Shown piece by piece: positions 18,277 through 27,483 of a stretch of 58,479 bases of DNA (the first letter of the stretch is position 1; the number at the start of each line of letters is the position of its first letter). The stretch is from a virus (taxonomy: Duplodnaviria; Caudoviricetes). The translations under genes and the position numbers were made by a program. Where the stretch lies: the IMG/VR virus record IMGVR_UViG_3300009537_000011, positions 1 through 58,479 of that record; one strand, 5' to 3'. The notes under the pieces were generated by a model. That model had not been told where the DNA came from. It saw nothing but the letters and a program-made list of their open reading frames with translations, and did not search any database.

Positions 18277-21200
18277 ATGGCAGACATCACCAAGGAAGCC
18301 GCCCTCGAATTCGTTGTCGAGGTAGCAGACGCCCTCAACAGCATGGGGGCCATGGTGAGTGCTGGGCGATCGCTGAATGAAACACTGAGCAACTCCAGCG
18401 CCGCGCTTCACAATTACGGTGTAGAGCTGAGGAAGGGGCCACTGGAGTCGCAGGAGGCCCTGGGCGACGCTTTTGATATCACCGGCGAGCAGCTCAAAGA
18501 CGCCTCGGCGCTGTTCAAGGTCTATCTCACCAACCTGAAAAAGGCGGAGATCACCGAAGACGGCGTCATCGTCAACAACAAGGAACTGGCATCCTCCTTC
18601 GACGCCGTAAAGAACCAGCTAGAGACGAGCGGCGTGAGCCTTGTCAAGATAAGGCAGCTGTTCGGGGATGTCACGAGAGACATCATCAAAACGCGGGACG
18701 AGCAGGTCAGGCAGAAGGGAACCACGGAGAAGCAGCGACAGGCGTTCTCGTTTCTGACCGACGAATTGAAGAAGGTCAGCGGCGGTATGAAGTTCGCAGG
18801 TAAGGCCGCGAACAAGGCGACCAAGGAACTATCCGAGGTCACCAAGAAGCCGATTACGAATTGGGGTAAATTCACTGCTGCTGTCCAAAAGTCGAGGACC
18901 GCGGTCGGAAAATTCGGCACAGGGGTAAGGGGTGTCGGGGCGGCGCTGACGGCGCTGACGGCCGGACTAGGGGTCAGGAAGCTGGTGAGCTGGACGGCAG
19001 CAGCCGTGGAGTCAGGCAGAGAGCTGCAACGAATGCAGCGCGCCCTATTCGCCGTAACAGGAAACACGAAGGCCGCCGGTGAAGAGTTCGAATTTGTCAG
19101 GAACCTTGCGGTCAAGCTCGGCGTCGATCTTGGCACGACTGGTAAGGAGTACTCGAAGCTGGCGGCCGCGGCAAAGGCTAGCGGAGTGGCTCAAGAGGAC
19201 GTCCACGACATCTTCGCCGCCGTATCCGAGGCAAGCATCACGCTCGGGCTGTCGAATGCCCAGCTGGAGGACACGTTCGTTGCGCTCCAGCAGATCATCT
19301 CGAAGGGGAAGGTCCAAACCGAGGAGCTGAGGCGTCAGATCGGTGACCGACTGCCCGGGGCGTTCGCGATTGCCGCCAAGGCGATGAACGTAACGACGGG
19401 CAGACTCGACGAGATGCTCGAACAGGGAAAGATAACGGCGCAGGAATTCCTGCGCCCGTTCGCAAGGGAGATACGAAACGAGTTTGGTAAGGGGCTGCCG
19501 CAGGCGATTCAGTCTACGGAGGCGGCGATCGGAAGATTCCAGACGACCTTCTTCGAGCTGAAGGCGTCATTCGCCGCTGGATTTTTCGATGTCTTCAAGC
19601 AAGAGCTGAACCTCCTGTCCGAGGATCTGGAGAAGAACAAGGAGAAGGCAGAGGAGTGGGGCAAGTTTTACGGCGCATTTCTCCAGACGAAGCTGTCATC
19701 GCTCAGGGCGAAGTTGCACCTGGCGAGGGCGGGATTCAACATGATGACCGGGGACGTTGTCGACACTGGCGAGGCGCTCGATAAATTCGTGGAGTCCCAG
19801 ACGATTGCCATCGGGCGATCCGGGCAGATGAGGAACATGCTACTCGGCAATGCCGAGGCGGCCGCCGAGTACGCGGAGGCAGCCAAGTGGGCCGCGGTGG
19901 CCCTCAAGGAGCTGACAGGCGACACATCAACAATCACGGAGGCGACATGGCAAAAAATCCTGGCCATGGAGAACGCGAAGGGCCTATTGAAGGATCTTCA
20001 GGATAGATACCATGAGACGGCGCTCGCTCAGCAGAAAATGGCGGAGATGGAGCTGGCGCTCGCAGAGAACGAGAAGCTAAGACACGAGCAGATAGAGAGA
20101 GGGGAAGAGCCGGAAGAGGCGCTGATAGACAGAATCGAGCGAACCCAAAAGGCGATGGGAGAGGGAACCACCAAGCTCCGGGCGTTCATCAAGATACAGA
20201 AGGAAGACGCGGCGGCCAAGGCCGAAGCCGAGCGGCAGGCACGGAAGCTAGAGATCGCACTGCGAGACCTTCGCAAGGAGCTGGGTCTCAACGAGGAAGA
20301 CCTGGAGTTCCAGGCAGAGGCGCTCGAACAGGTGGCGCTGGAATATGAGGAGCTGGCAGCGGCCGGTAAGCTCACCCAGAATCAGCTGGAGCAGCTCCGG
20401 TTGGAGGGCGGCAAGATCCTGGACAAGTTCCGGAAGATGGGGGAGGAGATCCCGGAGAGCCTGCTCGAAGTCGCGAACAGAATGGGCATCTTCGGAGAAG
20501 AGGCCGCGAAGGCTGGCGTCGAAGTCCGAAAGGCCGTGGACGAGTGGAAGAACTACGTCATGGCCGCCGGAGAGGGCGGCGATGTCACTGACGTGGAGGC
20601 TGAGAAGATCGTCTCTGGGGCAGAGAAGATCAAGAAGTCGATCATGGAGTTGACCCCAGAAATGCAGCATCTTTTCTTCGACGACGAGAAGATGCTGGAG
20701 ACCTTTGGGGACATGTTCGAGGGGATGACGTCAAGAGTCCAGGAGAAGTTAGAAGGGCTCAAGGAAGAGTTTCTGGATTTCCAAAACGACCTCCTAGAGG
20801 CGTTTGCCCCGGACGACACCGATGCGGAGGCGCTGAAGGGCGAAGTCGCCAAGTTGGGCGAGGAGCTGGAGGGGCTCAAGAGTAAAACGCACCAGACGCA
20901 GGATGACCTGAACAGGATAGCGGAGGTCGAGGGTGAGTTAGCAGAGAAGCAGATAGCCCTGGGCAGGGCTACGAGCGACCTGAGCGACGATTTCAAGGCG
21001 TGGGGCGAGCAGACCTCGCTGAGTGCAGACCTTGTCGACGAGAAGATCACGGGCCTGATCGAGAACAATGAGGATTTCACGAACGCCTTCGCGAATCTGG
21101 ACGAGCAAAGCAAGGAAAGCATCCAGCGAATGCTGACGAACCTCAGGGGCCTTGCCGACCAGGGGGTAGCCGATTCGGGGACCGTACAGCAGACGTTCAA

Positions 21201-21633
21201 GGATATGGGGGACGTCTTCGCGAACAACGGAATAGAGATCGACGAGCTGCGAGACAGCCTGGATGCCTTCGGCGGTCATATAGACCCGGTGGAGCGGTCG
21301 ATCGAGAGACTTGGGACGGTCCAGGACAAGTCCGTTGAGCAGACGAAGAGGATGAATGCCGAGATGACGGCGCTCACCGAGGGGCTGAGGGATATACCGG
21401 ACGCGGCGAAGCAGATGTCGGACCACACCCTGATGCAGCTCGCCAGGCTCGGCGCGAAGCTGAGCGAACTCACCGACAAGGTGACGGGGCTCAACAACGC
21501 TCTGAACGAGGTGGGTGGATCGTCACCCGTTGGCGCTGCGACCCGACAACCCACCGGGATACCGCCGATAACGAACGACAACATCTCAAGCCCCGCATTT
21601 GGCGGCGGTGGAGATGTCATGGGGCCGGGCTAG
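18277..21633 (+). CDS. Tape measure protein
   Basis: 1118 aa, helical; tape-measure domain AL.QI.SKGKVQ.EELR.QIGDRLPGA..IAA.AM..T..L..M...G. Confidence 0.95.
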   Translation: MADITKEAALEFVVEVADALNSMGAMVSAGRSLNETLSNSSAALHNYGVELRKGPLESQEALGDAFDITGEQLKDASALFKVYLTNLKKAEITEDGVIVNNKELASSFDAVKNQLETSGVSLVKIRQLFGDVTRDIIKTRDEQVRQKGTTEKQRQAFSFLTDELKKVSGGMKFAGKAANKATKELSEVTKKPITNWGKFTAAVQKSRTAVGKFGTGVRGVGAALTALTAGLGVRKLVSWTAAAVESGRELQRMQRALFAVTGNTKAAGEEFEFVRNLAVKLGVDLGTTGKEYSKLAAAAKASGVAQEDVHDIFAAVSEASITLGLSNAQLEDTFVALQQIISKGKVQTEELRRQIGDRLPGAFAIAAKAMNVTTGRLDEMLEQGKITAQEFLRPFAREIRNEFGKGLPQAIQSTEAAIGRFQTTFFELKASFAAGFFDVFKQELNLLSEDLEKNKEKAEEWGKFYGAFLQTKLSSLRAKLHLARAGFNMMTGDVVDTGEALDKFVESQTIAIGRSGQMRNMLLGNAEAAAEYAEAAKWAAVALKELTGDTSTITEATWQKILAMENAKGLLKDLQDRYHETALAQQKMAEMELALAENEKLRHEQIERGEEPEEALIDRIERTQKAMGEGTTKLRAFIKIQKEDAAAKAEAERQARKLEIALRDLRKELGLNEEDLEFQAEALEQVALEYEELAAAGKLTQNQLEQLRLEGGKILDKFRKMGEEIPESLLEVANRMGIFGEEAAKAGVEVRKAVDEWKNYVMAAGEGGDVTDVEAEKIVSGAEKIKKSIMELTPEMQHLFFDDEKMLETFGDMFEGMTSRVQEKLEGLKEEFLDFQNDLLEAFAPDDTDAEALKGEVAKLGEELEGLKSKTHQTQDDLNRIAEVEGELAEKQIALGRATSDLSDDFKAWGEQTSLSADLVDEKITGLIENNEDFTNAFANLDEQSKESIQRMLTNLRGLADQGVADSGTVQQTFKDMGDVFANNGIEIDELRDSLDAFGGHIDPVERSIERLGTVQDKSVEQTKRMNAEMTALTEGLRDIPDAAKQMSDHTLMQLARLGAKLSELTDKVTGLNNALNEVGGSSPVGAATRQPTGIPPITNDNISSPAFGGGGDVMGPG

Positions 21634-22121
21634 CTGACGTGGGTCCAGCGTTTACGGTTGACGATCTCGAAGACTGTCTGATGACTGACACCAAACTGAA
21701 TACCAACCTCACGCATCGAGTAGTCCCCGGTACCGTAGAGGTCTCGAATCTCCCGAACCTGATCCGGGGTGAGGACACTCGCGGAGTTGCGAATCCCCGT
21801 GACCTTGCCGACGCGGCCCTTGTGGGAGGTGTCTCGATTGTTGTCGCCAACGGTGCCGATCTTGAGATGCTTAGGGTTGCAGCACGGCGGGTTGTCGCAG
21901 AGGTGCATGACGCAGAAGCCGCGAGGGATGAACCCCTTGGCAAGGCTGTACGACACCCGGTGGGCGCGGTACACCCGGCCACGAAGGGAGAATTTGCCGT
22001 AGCCCCGGTTCCGGGCCCTGGTCCATTCCCAGCACGCCTCCGGGCCTGCCACATGAATCTTGGACCAGAAGCGTCGAGCCTCGTCCCTCGTAAGTTGCGG
22101 GACCTTTGCGGTCCTGGGCAT
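21630..22121 (-). CDS. Free-standing HNH homing endonuclease (antisense insertion in the tail operon)
   Basis: RFWSK......CWEW.....GYG.F......AHRVSY..........VMH.CDNP.CCNP.HL..GT..DN..D, plus a C-terminal HTH (LT..QV.EIR...FGVS..TV..I..RKRW.HV). Confidence 0.93.
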   Translation of the reverse strand: MPRTAKVPQLTRDEARRFWSKIHVAGPEACWEWTRARNRGYGKFSLRGRVYRAHRVSYSLAKGFIPRGFCVMHLCDNPPCCNPKHLKIGTVGDNNRDTSHKGRVGKVTGIRNSASVLTPDQVREIRDLYGTGDYSMREVGIQFGVSHQTVFEIVNRKRWTHVS

Positions 22122-22133
22122 GTCATCATTATA
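22119..22133 (-). promoter_or_regulatory. Leaderless-type -10 box for the HNH gene
   Basis: The minus strand reads TATAAT-gatgac-ATG; no SD sequence and no clear -35. Confidence 0.55.
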
Positions 22134-22138
22134 TCCAG

Positions 22139-22417
22139 ATGCCACTGTTCACAGTAGATCCGAGGCTGGACCAGCTAGATGCCCTGGGGCGGGCCATCGA
22201 CGCTGCAACTACCGAGGCGAGGGAAATGAAGGGGAAGCTCAAGGCCCTTGCGGGTAACAGGACTGCACCGGGAGGGGCAAGGGTCCTCTCCTACTCGCCG
22301 CTGACCATATACCCGCCATGGCTATTCTCGGGCTCGATCACGATAGCTGACGTTCCCGGGAGCGCAACGACAGCGGGCGGAGCGGCAGCCTCGACGCCAC
22401 CGGGCGGCGGCGGCTAG
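22139..22417 (+). CDS. Short coiled-coil plus Gly/Ala-rich tail-region protein
   Basis: ATG 22139; LDQLDALGRAIDAATTEAREMKGKLKALAG resembles the TMP C-terminal helix. Confidence 0.55.
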   Translation: MPLFTVDPRLDQLDALGRAIDAATTEAREMKGKLKALAGNRTAPGGARVLSYSPLTIYPPWLFSGSITIADVPGSATTAGGAAASTPPGGGG

Positions 22418-22426
22418 GAGTGGGGA

Positions 22427-23152
22427 ATGGGTCTAGCTGAAGCTGCTGGAATGGCTGCGGCGCTGGCGAGTGCGCTGGCGCGTGGCAACCGAGAGATCGA
22501 CAAGATCGCGGAGAAGGCCGACGATTTCGCGAGGAACGTGAGTCGTCTTCAGGCGGCCCCCCAGCCCGACGTCGTCGCGAAACCGCCGCACCCACCGGCT
22601 GGACCGTCCGGTCCAGCAGCCGCCCCGCCACATGTGATACCGACCGGACCGATCGGGAGTGCGTTCGGAACGGGCGGCATCGTGGACGCATCCGGACAAT
22701 TTGTCACATCGAGCGCCGCGAGCGGCGAGGGCGGCGGCGGCGCGGGGCGGCGCGGGGTGGGCGGGAGGGAGAGCCTCTGGGCGGCTATCAGGAACAGGAT
22801 TCTGAAGGGGGGCGGCGGATTCTACGAGTTCGTCCAGGCGCTCATGGCGCACGGGCAGAGCTTCTCAATGGAGATGGCGGAGACGTTCTGGACAACCGGC
22901 GAGTTCCCTTCGGGCGGGGCGGTATTCGGGACGGCATCGTCGTCGGCCGGTGAGCCGACGACCGGAAGGATTGGCGGGCTGGACCGCCAGCCACAGCTCA
23001 CGAGCGGGTTCAGTGTGGGCGCACCAACAATGGGGTCGAGGTCGACCCAGAGGACCCTCGACACCATCTCGGACGAAATCAAGGGACTACGAAGCGACCT
23101 GAGGAAGGCCGCGTCGGCAGGAACCGAGGCAAGGAGAGACGGACTTGTCTGA
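22427..23152 (+). CDS. Tail-region protein, TMP-C-terminus-like
   Basis: N-terminal coiled coil, Pro/Gly linker, C-terminal LDTISDEIKGLRSDL; overlaps the next gene. Confidence 0.65.
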   Translation: MGLAEAAGMAAALASALARGNREIDKIAEKADDFARNVSRLQAAPQPDVVAKPPHPPAGPSGPAAAPPHVIPTGPIGSAFGTGGIVDASGQFVTSSAASGEGGGGAGRRGVGGRESLWAAIRNRILKGGGGFYEFVQALMAHGQSFSMEMAETFWTTGEFPSGGAVFGTASSSAGEPTTGRIGGLDRQPQLTSGFSVGAPTMGSRSTQRTLDTISDEIKGLRSDLRKAASAGTEARRDGLV

Positions 23153-23765
23153 CCGGGGATACAGCTACTGGGAACCGGCCTTCGACCTGGATGCACAATA
23201 TCTGAATGGGGTGACGCTCCAGGTGAAGCAGATGCCGATGGTGATGCCGGACGGTGGCGGGGCGGTGAGACTGCCGATGCACGACGGGACGGACGTCGTC
23301 TTCAACGTGTTTCGTGGGATCAACGCCTCAGACGGTTACGACAGGAAGTCGCTGAGTCTGACGTTACTCGGTCACTACCAGGAAGACTACTGGCAGTTCA
23401 AGAAAGCGAAGATGTCTGCGGCTCCGGTCTGGTACGCACCAGGCTACCGGGTGAACGACGTGTTCACGGCCGTATCCGGGAAGGGATACATCTTGAGCCG
23501 AAGGCTTGCGGACGGAATCGTCCCTGGCGTGAGCGAGGCGACCCATCCGACAAAGGTGTTTCTCGACGGTGTAGACACCCCGGGCGCCATCACCATTGGC
23601 GGGGATAAGCAGAGTATCACCGCGAACAGCACTGGTGAGATCGAGGTCAGATACATGCCGGTTCTGAGGGTCATCGTGACGTCTGTCCCAGACGTTGTCG
23701 AGGCACACAACAGACTGACCATCGATATCGAGATGGACGAAATCAGAATCGGGGATCAGGGGTAG
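23145..23765 (+). CDS. Putative distal tail protein
   Basis: Size and position after the TMP region; beta-rich. Confidence 0.6.
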   Translation: MSDRGYSYWEPAFDLDAQYLNGVTLQVKQMPMVMPDGGGAVRLPMHDGTDVVFNVFRGINASDGYDRKSLSLTLLGHYQEDYWQFKKAKMSAAPVWYAPGYRVNDVFTAVSGKGYILSRRLADGIVPGVSEATHPTKVFLDGVDTPGAITIGGDKQSITANSTGEIEVRYMPVLRVIVTSVPDVVEAHNRLTIDIEMDEIRIGDQG

Positions 23766-26173
23766 TGTCCAGTGTTGTGGCACTGGCGACGGCGACTACG
23801 ACCTTCACGCCAGGCATCCAGGCCGACGCCGAAGCTACGACGGTAGCAGCGCTCACCGGTGAGGTGTTCGAGGCCGGAGTATTCGAGGGTGGAGTATTCG
23901 GCTTCACCTACGACCCTAGCGTTGCAGATGCGACGGCGACGACGACGAACATTATCGTCGAGAACACGATTCCGATACCGAGCAGCACCGGGTTCCGCAT
24001 CGTTGCCGGGATGGAGGTGTGGGTCGACGGGGTACGGGTAGACCCGTCGAACGTGACCGGACCGATCTCCGTATCCAGGCATATTTATTCGAACATCCAG
24101 TCGGCGACGTTCGCGGTCAAGCAGGGCGCACTCGGGGACCCGTTCACAACGGGCGGCCCGCCAACGTGCAAGAAGAGCATCGACATCAAGGGCGTCTACT
24201 ACATCAACCAAGCGGCATATACATACAGCCTCCTGACCGACGGAATCGTCGACACGATGCAGGTGGCCATGGCCCCGGACGGGACCGTAGTCGAGAGATA
24301 CGACGTCCTGGACAAGGGGGCGAGGATAGCGAACGAGCTGATAACCCTCATCATTCCGCAGTGCTCCAACATGAGGCGAGACAAGTTGGTGCGAAAGATC
24401 CTCGGGCTGGCTGGGGAGACGCAGTTCCAACTGCCCCCGATGAACAGGATCAAGAAGGAGGTGCAGTACGTAGACGCAGATCCGGTGGTGTCAGCCCAGG
24501 AGCACCTGGATGTCGAGGGGTACAGGCTGTTCTGGGGGGTGGGCGGTGGGGCTCGCGTGGCGAGGATGGGCTTTAAGTCGGGTGTCAGCTATGCACCGGC
24601 TGTCACGATCAACGAGGCGGCGATCGTCGATGTTCCGCAGCCGCAGGTGCGCGTCCCGGCAGACGCGATTACGCTGATAACGGCCGAAACGAGCGGCCAG
24701 GTATTAGAGGGCGACGGGAACTGCGGAGACAAGACGGTGCGCTTGGAGTCCAAATCCGAAGCGGAGTTCGCCGTCGCGAGATACGGGTTCTCTCAGAACG
24801 GGGGAACTGGCGCCATCAGCGGATCGGCTCTGACCGAAGAGGCCAAACTGCAAAACACGAGCCTGGTGGTTTTCGAGAAGACCTTCCGATGCGGCGCCCT
24901 GGTGAGAGAAGAAACAAAGACATACAAGTGGTACAACCCAGAAACCACCAGATATAAGTACGACACTGGAACCAGTCTGTGGAAGTACGGGGTACTGGAC
25001 TTGCCACGCTTCAGGACCTCCCCAGCGGTAGACGGTGACGAGCCTGCGTTCTTGTATTGGTCGGATGAATGGCTGCTCGTGTCACACGAAACAGTGGATC
25101 ACTATTGGGACCACCCGGGGTTCACAGTAACCGGGGCTTCTGGGTTCGTGACGGCCGACGACCTGCTCATTGCAGCAGGGTTCTCAGCGTACGATCTGTA
25201 CCCCGTGACCCGTGGGCTGGAAGCAGGGCACGGCACGCATTTTCTCGGCACAAAGAGGAACAACACCATCTTCGTGACAGAGGGAATAAGGGATCAGGCA
25301 GAAAAGAGGCGGATATTCGGATTGGCCAGGGGCCTCGGATACAAGCTGGGATCCAGGCGCACACTGAGACAGTGGTACAACCCCATAAGCTCGCTGCAAC
25401 TGACGAGTGATTCAGAGCCGAGAAACGGGCAGGTCGCGACCGGTGACAAGGTTGGAAGGTCGAATGACTCCGAGCTGTTAATTCCAACGGCCGTAGAGGT
25501 CGAGGTTATAGAGACAGATGTCGACGGCAACACCAGGCAAAGAACGAACTACCAGTATGGGTGGGTCCGCAGGGCCGGTTCGACATACCTCTATCACGAC
25601 GGCACAACGAGTAGCGACCTGGATGAGGTCTTCAGCATCAAGTCGAAGACACGCGAGAAGTTCATACTGTCATCTCAGGAGCGGCACACCTCGTTCATGG
25701 TGAGCCATGACCAGAACCTCAACCTCGTCACTCAGGAGACGAACGACAAAGAGGGCGGGCCGGACGCCGCCGAGAGGCTCCCCTTCTATGACGAGGACCA
25801 GCTGATCGACATCGACATAGAGGATGTAGAGAACCTGTGCAGGCTGCCCGTTGCTGAGTCCGTTCCTCTGAGTGTTCAGGTGGAAGGCTCGGCAACGTGC
25901 TATCTCGACAACGAGGTGAAGATCTCCATACCCTACGCGGAGAACGCCGAGGAGCTAGAGGTCATAGGACGGCTGCTCATCAGCGAGTCAGGGGCGTTCC
26001 ATGTGACCGTAACGACACCGCCATTGTTTTACGTGGACATCGGAAAGGTGATCCGGGTCACCATCAGGAAGTACAACGTCGACCACGTCGCCAGGGTACA
26101 CTCGATCGAGCACAGCTGGGACGGCTCGATGGACTCGGCGATCCTGTCGGTGCTGGATCTGAGGTTGCTCTAG
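23765..26173 (+). CDS. Tail tip / baseplate hub protein (802 aa)
   Basis: Synteny; C-terminal P.FYVDIG.VI.V........A.V.SIEH hub-like motif. Confidence 0.7.
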   Translation: MSSVVALATATTTFTPGIQADAEATTVAALTGEVFEAGVFEGGVFGFTYDPSVADATATTTNIIVENTIPIPSSTGFRIVAGMEVWVDGVRVDPSNVTGPISVSRHIYSNIQSATFAVKQGALGDPFTTGGPPTCKKSIDIKGVYYINQAAYTYSLLTDGIVDTMQVAMAPDGTVVERYDVLDKGARIANELITLIIPQCSNMRRDKLVRKILGLAGETQFQLPPMNRIKKEVQYVDADPVVSAQEHLDVEGYRLFWGVGGGARVARMGFKSGVSYAPAVTINEAAIVDVPQPQVRVPADAITLITAETSGQVLEGDGNCGDKTVRLESKSEAEFAVARYGFSQNGGTGAISGSALTEEAKLQNTSLVVFEKTFRCGALVREETKTYKWYNPETTRYKYDTGTSLWKYGVLDLPRFRTSPAVDGDEPAFLYWSDEWLLVSHETVDHYWDHPGFTVTGASGFVTADDLLIAAGFSAYDLYPVTRGLEAGHGTHFLGTKRNNTIFVTEGIRDQAEKRRIFGLARGLGYKLGSRRTLRQWYNPISSLQLTSDSEPRNGQVATGDKVGRSNDSELLIPTAVEVEVIETDVDGNTRQRTNYQYGWVRRAGSTYLYHDGTTSSDLDEVFSIKSKTREKFILSSQERHTSFMVSHDQNLNLVTQETNDKEGGPDAAERLPFYDEDQLIDIDIEDVENLCRLPVAESVPLSVQVEGSATCYLDNEVKISIPYAENAEELEVIGRLLISESGAFHVTVTTPPLFYVDIGKVIRVTIRKYNVDHVARVHSIEHSWDGSMDSAILSVLDLRLL

Positions 26174-27475
26174 ATGCCTAGCGGTACACATGGAACCGGT
26201 ACGCCACAGAGGGTGCATGACCAGATCCGCCGGGACATGCGCGGCATCCTGGAGCGAAACAGGCAGAGAACGGCAGACAACAGATGGGTCCAGTATCTGA
26301 GGCCAGCCGGGCTGGGAAAGCACGTCGTACGTAACTTCACGAACCCCAGGCCGTACATCGTCGGATCAGCGATTCAGAGAATGACGTTCGTCCCTGGTTC
26401 CCAGGTATTGGTAGCGAGCAACACCGGAGAGCCGGGTGAAATCATCATCGGCGCGCCGTCGCCGGGGAGAAGGGGGGGCAACATCAATCCGCCAAACCTA
26501 CCCAGGGCCCCAACCGGGGCGCCGACCGGTGCCAGCGGAAGGAAGTACCTGGGTCTCAACCTGGCGAGCGGCCAATTCGAAGCCTACGACTACCTAGACG
26601 GCACCAGGGGCGACACCATCGCCATTATGTCGGATACCGGGCTCGGTGCGAACGCCCAGCTGAGGGGCGGCGCCCTGGTCTCTGCAAAGAACCCCATCAT
26701 CATTGGGATGACGTGGGAGTACACCCTCGACAGCATCATGGATGTCGTATGGTGGAACATCGATACGGCGACAGTGAGCATCATCGATCGGTGGGGGGTC
26801 CGGGCGGCATCGTTCGGGCTCGGTCCGGCGATGTCGAACTGGTCTGGCACGCTCTACTGGACCGAGGTGAAGACCTCTGGGACAGACGAGTACTACCTCA
26901 TGAGCACGAGCAATGGGACGTCAGCCGGTGAAGTCGGGGGCGGCGTCGTAGGGAACCTACCAAACGACGGAGAGGTTCCGTATCTCACCGTGCAGCCGTT
27001 TGATGGGGCGAGTGCCATGATCCCGTATGGTGACGACTGTGGAACATCGGAGAAACCGGGCTGCGTGGTCGTAGGAAGGGGAGGAGCGACATATGTACCA
27101 TCTCCGCAATGGGCGGAGGTCCCATATGCCACATGCCCGAGAGATGGCTGGGCAACAGTGGTCGGCGGGTTTGGTGGGCAATCGGTCAAAGGAAGATCTG
27201 CCGGACTCTACGCATTCAACAAGGGCGGGGTGGGCGGCTCGATCACGCTGGTGAGGGGCTCGTCATCAGCCGGACATGTGCTGGTCAAGCACGAGGACAA
27301 GATTGCTGACGGCTATTCACTCCACGCGGCCGTACCGTCACCGAGCGGCTCTGATATGGTCATTCGGAGGTCGAACGAGTTTGTAAGAGTGCCCCTATCA
27401 CCAATCGCAGACGTTGCGTCACTGCCATGGACAACCATTTCACCGACGGTGGGGTTTTTCCTGCCGGTAGATTGA
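26174..27475 (+). CDS. Tail spike/tip protein (N-terminal OB-fold-like, beta-rich C-terminus)
   Basis: F.PG.QVLV......IIG spike-like motif, Pro linker, beta-rich domain. Confidence 0.55.
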   Translation: MPSGTHGTGTPQRVHDQIRRDMRGILERNRQRTADNRWVQYLRPAGLGKHVVRNFTNPRPYIVGSAIQRMTFVPGSQVLVASNTGEPGEIIIGAPSPGRRGGNINPPNLPRAPTGAPTGASGRKYLGLNLASGQFEAYDYLDGTRGDTIAIMSDTGLGANAQLRGGALVSAKNPIIIGMTWEYTLDSIMDVVWWNIDTATVSIIDRWGVRAASFGLGPAMSNWSGTLYWTEVKTSGTDEYYLMSTSNGTSAGEVGGGVVGNLPNDGEVPYLTVQPFDGASAMIPYGDDCGTSEKPGCVVVGRGGATYVPSPQWAEVPYATCPRDGWATVVGGFGGQSVKGRSAGLYAFNKGGVGGSITLVRGSSSAGHVLVKHEDKIADGYSLHAAVPSPSGSDMVIRRSNEFVRVPLSPIADVASLPWTTISPTVGFFLPVD

Positions 27476-27483
27476 GAGTCTGA

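Noticed and set aside
21630-22138. Group I intron or intein hosting the HNH
   Set aside because: The HNH is antisense and fills the whole gap; there is no room for an intron core, and the flanking genes have their own stop and start.
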